The translations under genes were made by a program, and so were the position numbers. This document shows, piece after piece, positions 57,407 through 64,000 of a stretch of 64,000 nucleotides of DNA. Location of the stretch: the NCBI GenBank assembly GCA_963848295.1, contig CAWKDB010000004.1:256001-320000 (forward strand), written 5' to 3'. The stretch comes from an uncultured delta proteobacterium (GTDB lineage Bacteria > Myxococcota_A > Polyangia > Haliangiales > Haliangiaceae). Under the pieces are notes generated by a model. It saw only the letters and a list, made by a program, of their open reading frames with translations, was not told where the DNA came from and ran no database searches. The first letter of the stretch is position 1, and every line of letters starts with the position of its first letter.

Positions 57407-58460
57407 CTAAGAGCGGGCCGCATCGAGCTCAGCCGCGACCTGGGCTATCAGCGCTGCCGGCACAATCGCACGAGCGTGCGGCCCCACTCGAGGACGATGA
57501 CACAAGCGGCGCAGGCTCGCGCGGTGAAGGACAAGCGAGCGTCCGTCGGGAAGCTCGGTGATCGGTGGGTTGGGTGCCAGCTCGAGACGAGACGAGATGC
57601 GCTTGCTCGCGGCTCGAACTCGATGACGACGTGATGCGGACCAGTTGCGTCGCGTAGGTGCGGACCAAATGCGCCTTCGAGTACTTCGGCGATTCCCGTC
57701 CTCGGGGATGTGGAAGTCGTGGCCCTTGAGGTACTCGGCTTCCGTGAAGCGCTCGATCGCGAAGACTGAGCGGCGAGCCACCACGGCATTTCGGCGGTGC
57801 TGAAGCCGCGCGCCGATCGCATAGAGACCCTGTCGGTACATGGCCAACGGAACGGCGAGCAGGCCCCTTGTGCGCGCCCGCGCCCATCAGCGTAGCGGTA
57901 GCGAACGAGCTTCCGATTGATGATCCGGTCTGGAGCGCCTCGATGATGTCGTTCTTCGCCCTCGTACGACTTCGTGCCGTGGTCGGCATGTACACGCATA
58001 GGGCGCCGAAGGCTGCTAGCTCAGAATATCTCTCGTCCGTTCATACGCTTCTCCAGCTTCATCAAAACGCTAACCACATCTTCGAGAAATTGCGTCTGCT
58101 TGAAACATGAAAATCCCGAAGCACCGGCAACGTGAAGCGTTCGCTCTTTGTGATCCTTCACCGGGCGAGTAGTTCGTTCTGCGGTGAGACACGCATAGTC
58201 GCCGTCGCCTGCTTCGTGACTTCATGTCGCGGCCCTCGTCCTGGAGCTCGGCGAGGTCGCGCCTGACGGTGCGCTGGCTCTCCGATCTCTTCGGCGATCC
58301 CCTACCCAGCGGGCGCGTTCAACCCCTCGGCGCTCATCCACAACCCGAAGTGCTGGCGAACCTGCCCGAAATTAATCCGCCGATACATGCAGACCCCAAC
58401 GCGATGGAAGGTCCACAATCGTGGGCAAAGCCGGGGAACAAAGCCTCCAGAAGGGGTCCA
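57407..58460 (-). pseudogene. HTH-WYL-WCX transcriptional regulator (frameshifted; ends approximate)
   Basis: HTH SQRTVRRDLAELQDEG (about 58235-58280); WYL YRQGLYAIG...VFAIERFTEAE...FHIPED; WCX HVVIEF...WHPT...ELPDGR...LEWG. Confidence 0.7.
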
Positions 58461-60479
58461 TGGGTACCTGATCCAGCGGTTCTGCGAAGGTCTGACTAAC
58501 TGACCAGGTTATGGTCCCGGGAACCTCCAGTTAGGCAAAAGTTCCGGACTGCGTCTCGTACCTTGTTGCTCATGACGACGAAGCTCCTCCAAGTCCGAGC
58601 ACCAATACCCGCCCCTTGCGCGCGACCTCAGCGGAAACCTACCGGCCATCCCTGAGGGGACGCGAGCATGGCGCACCGTCGCAAAGTTCCGGCCGCCCCC
58701 GGGAGATCAGAGGCCCCCACAAGCAGCTCATTCGTCTACCCGTTAGAGACGACGTGCGAGGACCTCGTGGAGCTGTGGTACCGGCGTGTACGGCGTCGAT
58801 GCTCTGAACGAGATCGGCGAACTGCTGGGCGATGAACACGTGTCCGAGTGGGACTGGACCGACGGCGTTCGCGATCTTCGCACCGGGACGCAGGAGGTGT
58901 TGAAGCCACGAGCGGTCATTGCGTCTGCTGGTGCGCGTGACTCGGCCCTCGGTGCGTCTCGACGCCGTGACGCAGATGATGCGAACGAATAGCGAGGCGT
59001 TGCGAATCGTGACGGACTCGGACGTGGACCTGGCGAAGACGCCTGAGACCGTGAAGGGGCTCCCACGCAACGCGGGGTGGCTGTCGATAACGAAGAGCGA
59101 CGAAACCGACGATGACGACAACAACGAGGATGAGCCGAACAAGCGATCGCCGCACTGGCTCGAGTTACTCATGCCAGTCGCCGGAAGCCGGCGGAGATGG
59201 CCCGGTTTCGTCATCGGAAAGGTGATGCACGGAGGATGACTCGGGATCAATCCGTCACCGCCTGGAATCCGCCGCAAGGCGCCGAAGGAAGATGATTCGC
59301 GACTCGGATTCCGTCCCGACTGGGAACTTCGTGTCCTCTCACGATCTCTCGTACGCGGCGCGGAAAGTGCAGGGAAACGAGCCGTAGAGAGACACGAGTG
59401 GCCTCTGGAGCCGCGTCGCGGCGCTCCAGGACGGATCCATGGCTCATCCTCATAGTGGAGCGGCTGAGCGCGATCGAGCGGCCGCTCGCTGCTGAAGAAA
59501 TCGAAACGCTCATGCGCGCGATCGCGATGTCCCAGTAGGAGGAGCGGACCAGGTTTCTCGAATCGATCGAGGCGTTGCCTGTCGATGGCGGAACGCGTTC
59601 TGTCGCGACGTCGCCGTGGCGATTCGTGAGTCGTCGTCGGCGTCAGCGTCATGACGCAACGCGCTTGCACTCACAACATTCCGAAATCTAAAACACGAAG
59701 GTGATTCCATGTCAAGCACGACTGCAAGAACTGAAGCCCTGAGCGACGAGACATCGAGAGTCTTCTATCGGTAACCAAGGTCGATCGACGCCATGCGACT
59801 CGCGGCGGATACTCTACGCCACCGAAGCCTACCCGGCCGAGCGCGCGGCGTCGGACGAAGCCGGAGCAGGTCCACCAAAACCGCCAAGGCCCAATTCGAA
59901 GTTCATGCGTTCGATCGCGGACAACATCAAGGTTAAGCTGCTGGCGATCTCGTTCATGTTCGACCGACAACCTGGCGTTGGAGCTCTTAGGGCGAGAATC
60001 GCGGAGCATTGGACGAATCGGATAGCTCGCTAACCGAAGAGCCTCTGCCTCTTGTTCGCGATGCATCCCGGTGACGCAGCACTCTCGACTCGTGTGATCT
60101 CGACGAGGATGGGACGAGCTCTGCGTCGTGAGTACGCTGAGATGAGCTCGTCCGTGAGCTCATCCGGGCCGGATCCGCCGCTCGATGCGCCCGATGTTCT
60201 CCTCGCCGTTGAACCTCTGTCGGAGAGCGACGTGGAGCTCAAACGAAAGGCGCAGGAGGTGGCGACTCGGTTCGGCGCGCTCGTAATGGTTGACGAGCGT
60301 GAACCTTCGAATACCGTTCCCTCGCATGCCGTCGGAGCCCACAACCAGGTCGCTTTCGACTCTCCGATCGGTTGCTCGAGCGGATCATTCGGCACGCGAG
60401 GCGGCTCGGTAAGGGGCAGCGCGGTGTCCGATTCGCGCGGAACGACTCGATCCGGCCTTGTCGAGCGGCGCTCGATCGC

Positions 60480-61505
60480 TCAAGGGCAAGGATCGTGCAG
60501 CGTTAGCGCGAGGGGCCGAACAGATCTCGGCCCGTATTCGGACCGCGCCGGGTATCGCGTCGTTCAAGTCGACGCGGCGGCAATTCGCGAAACGGCGTTC
60601 TCGACCGAGGAGAAGGCCGAGCGCTATGTCGAGATCTGCGCGCGCGCCTAGACCGGGAAGAAGGGACGACCAGACCGCGTCTTGGTCTAGTCCCGGCTAC
60701 ACCTTCAGGGGAAGGGGAACAAACAGGCGTCGATCGACGTCACGGAGGGGCCCTCAAGCAGTTCTTACCCGTCGCCGGTCTTGCTCCAGCTGCTCTCGGC
60801 AAAGCGATGCAAGGCATTGACGGGATCTCGGCTCGCCCGCACGCCCGTACCAAGAAGCTGTTGTCGCGGGAGACGAACCGCAGCATCCTTGCGCAGGCGA
60901 AGAGCTTCCTCACCTGGTGCGTCGAGCGCGGTCGGCTACGCGCGAACCCGTGCGCGCTGTGAAGGGCATCGGCCGCCGCCGGCCCCGCGGCAAGTCGCTC
61001 GGCAAAGACGGCAACGCGCTACACGTCAAGGAAGCGCGGCTTTGGTACGTGAAGGCGCTGGAACTCGCGCAAGGGTGACGAAGGCGCCACGGGGGCGCTC
61101 GTTGCGCTCTTGCTCGGGATGCGCGCAAGCGAGATCGTTTCTCGTCGAGGATGCGATCGATGAAGACGATCCGGCCGCGAGCTGCTGTGGACTCCATGAG
61201 AAGAACGGGGGGCCGCCGCACCCTCGAAGGGCCCGCGGTGGTGCGCCCGCGCCTGGTTCGTTGCTCCAAGGACAAGCCGGCAGACGCGTTCCTTTTCCAA
61301 ACGGAGAGGCCATCCGGCTGGCGCGATTCGATCATCGGCAACGTACGTCGCGTGTGGGTCCGGAAAAGGCTCGCCCGTCACAGCCGATGCAATGCGTGGC
61401 TTACTCGCGAAGGTCACCGCCGACGGGACTCGCGGGCGACTTCATCGCCGCTACCTCGGTCACGAGGACGAGCGAACGACGATGACTCCTATGCCGCTTC
61501 GGTTT
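60480..61505 (+). pseudogene. Tyrosine recombinase/integrase (frameshifted)
   Basis: LGPYSDRAGYRVVQV N-terminus; ALLLGMRASEIV (catalytic R), AMRG, YLGHEDERTT (box II) in shifting frames. Confidence 0.75.
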
Positions 61506-61625
61506 AGCCAAGGCGGGTACAAATCGGACAGTCGTGCTCCAAAAGGGGTCCGGCGATCGCGGTTGACCCAACGGCGGCGCTGAGCAGCGAACTAAAGGGC
61601 CGCAGGCTGGCTGACCTCATGGTCC

Positions 61626-61713
61626 AATCGTTCCGCAATCGTTCCGCAACTGCATTTTGCCCACTGCAAACAAAAGGGCCTGGCGACCTCACGAGTCCTT
61701 TTGGTTTCCTGGT
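61626..61713. repeat. Element end: tandem arm-type sites and an att-like hairpin
   Basis: aatcgttccgc-aatcgttccgcaa tandem; aaacaaaagggcct...ccttttggtttcctggt resembles the 37714/62418 repeat. Confidence 0.5.
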
Positions 61714-61810
61714 AGCGCGGAAGCGTTCCGCAGGCGGTGCAACGTCTCGGATGTTCTGGGAGAAGTCGCGGAACGGATGCGAACCGACTCGGCTCGTATA
61801 TCTTGATCTC

Positions 61811-62041
61811 GTGACCGCGCTTCGGGCTCATGTCGTCCACGGAAGGATCGTCGTTGACGAGCCGGTCGATCTACCCGACGGCGCCGAGGTTCGCGTCTAT
61901 CTCTACGACGCGGCCGCCGACAACATGAGCAAGGAAGAACGCGCCGCCCTCGAGCAAGCGCTCGAACGTAGCGTGGCGCAGGCGGATGCTGGCGAGCTGA
62001 TCGATGCCGACGCCGTTCTGGACGAGCTCCGTGATCAGTGA
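61811..62041 (+). CDS. Putative antitoxin
   Basis: LRAHVVHGRIVVDEPVDLPDGAEV + SVAQADAGELIDADAVLDEL; GTGA overlap with the toxin gene. Confidence 0.75.
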   Translation: MTALRAHVVHGRIVVDEPVDLPDGAEVRVYLYDAAADNMSKEERAALEQALERSVAQADAGELIDADAVLDELRDQ

Positions 62042-62337
62042 GAGTTCGCTTCACGCCGCAGGCTTGGCTGTCGGTCCGAGAGAAGCACACGTCGTGGGAG
62101 CAGCATCGCGAGAAGGCTTCCGCGCTCTTTGTCGAGGAGCTGTCCGTAATCGTGAGGAAGCTGCGCGATGGCACGGACGCGGAGCGTCAGCCGTTCGGGG
62201 CGCGTGGCGGCCGGATCGTGTGGGGAATCCTCATGCCGAAGACGCGTAACCACGTCTACTACCGAGTCGACGATGCTGGTGACGTCGAAGTGTTGCTCGC
62301 CTGGAACGCGATCGCCGGGCGCATGCCGGACGTGTAG
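62038..62337 (+). CDS. RelE/ParE-family toxin
   Basis: MRVRFTPQA...LFVEEL...TRNHVYYRVDD..VEVLLAWN. Confidence 0.8.
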   Translation: MRVRFTPQAWLSVREKHTSWEQHREKASALFVEELSVIVRKLRDGTDAERQPFGARGGRIVWGILMPKTRNHVYYRVDDAGDVEVLLAWNAIAGRMPDV

Positions 62338-62417
62338 CTCCACGGTTGAGATCTCTTGAGGAACGGATCCGGCCGTAACTCCGCGTCTCGTCAGGGGACC
62401 TCTAGATCTGGGGAACG

Positions 62418-62470
62418 CTTACGAAAACAAAGAAGGCCTCGCATCTCTACGAGACCCTTCGTTTCCTGGT
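62418..62470. repeat. att-like direct repeat (right copy), cut by IS21
   Basis: Matches 37714-37768 up to cctggt, then IS21 begins. Confidence 0.85.
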
Positions 62471-64000
62471 TGATCGACGACAACTACTTCTGCCGGGCGG
62501 CGACAACTAATTTTGCCGGTCTCCGGGCCCGTCCTGAAGGCTCGTCAGACCCCCGGTTCCCACTCGGGTTCCGATGGTCACCGACGAGCAGGTCAGGCTC
62601 TTGAGGCAGAAGCAGATGGAAGGCAAGAAGCAGGAAACAGCAGCAGCGGCCGCGTCGATGAGCGTGCGGTCCGCGAGGAAGTGGCAGCGCGGATCGCTGC
62701 CGACGGAGGCCAAGAAGCCAAGGACGTGGCGGACGCGGGAGGACCCGTTCGCCGAGATCTGGGATCGCGATGTGGTGCCGTTGCTCGGCACCGACGAGAA
62801 GAGCGTGCTCCAGGCGACCACGTTGCTCGGCTGGGTACAGGACAAGCACCCGGGCAAGTACGACGACGGCCTGCTCCGCACGTTGCAGCGCCGGTTGCGT
62901 GACTGGCGGGCGTTGCACGGTCCGCCGAAGGAGGTGTTCTTCGAGCAGCAGCACGTGCCTGGTCGCGAGGGCGCGTTCGACTTCACCGACTGCGGCGAGC
63001 TCGGCGTGACCATCGGCGGCGAGGCGTTCGAGCACTTGCTGTTCGAGCTCGTGCTCACGTACTCGAGCTGGACGTGGGTCGACCTCGCGTTCGGCGAGAC
63101 GTTCGAGGCGATGTCGGCCGGGATCCAGGGCGCGGTGTGGGACGCGGGCGGTGTTCCGCACGTGCTCCGCTCCGACAATCTGTCGGCTGCGACGCACGAT
63201 CTCAAGCACAGCGCCGGGCGCACGCTCACGCAGCGGTACAGGTCGCTGCTAGAGCACTACGGCGCGACGTCGACGAGGATCGAGCCAGGCGAGTCGCACC
63301 AAAACGGCGCCGTCGAGCAACGGCACTCGCGCACCAAGCGAGCGATCGCCGAGTCCCTCGTGATCCGTGGGAGCAAGGACTTCGTCGACGTCGCTGCGTA
63401 TCGCGCGTTCGTCCTCGACATCGTGGCCAAGCGCAATCGCCGTATCGAGGCGAAGCTCGTCGAGGATCGCGCGGCGCTCCGACCGCTGCCGTCGTCACGG
63501 GTGCCGACGTACACGGTATTCAAGCCGCGCGTTCGTAAGTGGAGCACCGTTCGCGTCGGTCGGCAGACGTACTCGGTGCCGTCGCGGCTGATGGGACACA
63601 TCGTCGAGGCGCGTCGCCACCCCGACACGATCGAGATCCTCTACGGCAAGAACACCGTCGAGGTGATGCCGCGCGTTCGTGGCGATGGTGCCGCGCGGAT
63701 CGACTACCGGCACGTGATCTGGTCGCTCGTGACCAAGCCTGGCGCGTTCGCGCGCTACCGCTACCGCGAGGAGCTGTTCCCGACGCTGACGTTCCGGCGC
63801 ACGTACGACGCGCTCAAGGCGCGCACTGTGCGCGCCGACGTCGAGTACCTGCGCATCCTGCACCTGGCTGCGAGCACGATGGAGAAGCCGGTCGAGGACG
63901 TGCTCGTCGCGATGCTCGACGCCGGCGAGGCGATCAGCTTCGACGCCGTGCGCGAGCGCGTGGCGCCGATGCGTCCCACCGTGCCCGTGATCGACATCCC
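62471..64000 (+). mobile_element. istA: IS21-family IS; istA from ATG 62574 runs off the window end
   Basis: Terminus TGATCGACGACAACTA with repeated CGACAACTA sites; MVTDEQVRLL...RTWRTREDPF...LRTLQRR...FDFT...RSDNL...HQNGAVEQRH. Not in the ORF track because no stop lies in the window. Confidence 0.92.

Noticed and set aside
58600..60400. Short ORF fragments between the WYL gene and the integrase
   Set aside because: Probably coding, but no recognisable motif and the sequence is too error-rich to call.

Overview
High-GC DNA that looks like Myxococcota (inferred from a MYXO-CTERM protein, AgmX/PglI-like domains, Ser/Thr kinases and NHL lipoproteins). It has many single-base indels, and reading frames collapse at about 51.5-61.6 kb, most likely from low-quality consensus. 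The left half (1-32.3 kb) is core-like: a hybrid histidine kinase, LysR, two Ser/Thr kinases (one fused to a STAND NTPase), NfeD-flotillin, NHL lipoproteins, an MFS transporter and an FAD monooxygenase. It also has an ArsC-family gene with an in-frame UGA at the catalytic Cys position followed by a bacterial-SECIS-like hairpin, a probable selenoprotein that the ORF track misses. The right half (32.3-64 kb) is a stack of integrated and decaying elements punctuated by tmRNA-like and tRNA-Ala 3'-end remnants. It holds two small att-flanked toxin-antitoxin-like cassettes, a defence-like cluster (two HNH-domain genes, Schlafen/AlbA_2, Mrr-like nuclease, WYL regulator), a proteasome-beta-like gene split by IS630, an RHS locus with an inserted domain, a tyrosine integrase remnant and four IS elements (IS630, ISAzo13, IS4, IS21). 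At least 12 genes have a TANNNT box 5-7 nt before the start codon, suggesting leaderless transcription, including a 31-bp back-to-back bidirectional promoter. No CRISPR array, rRNA or intact tRNA was found.
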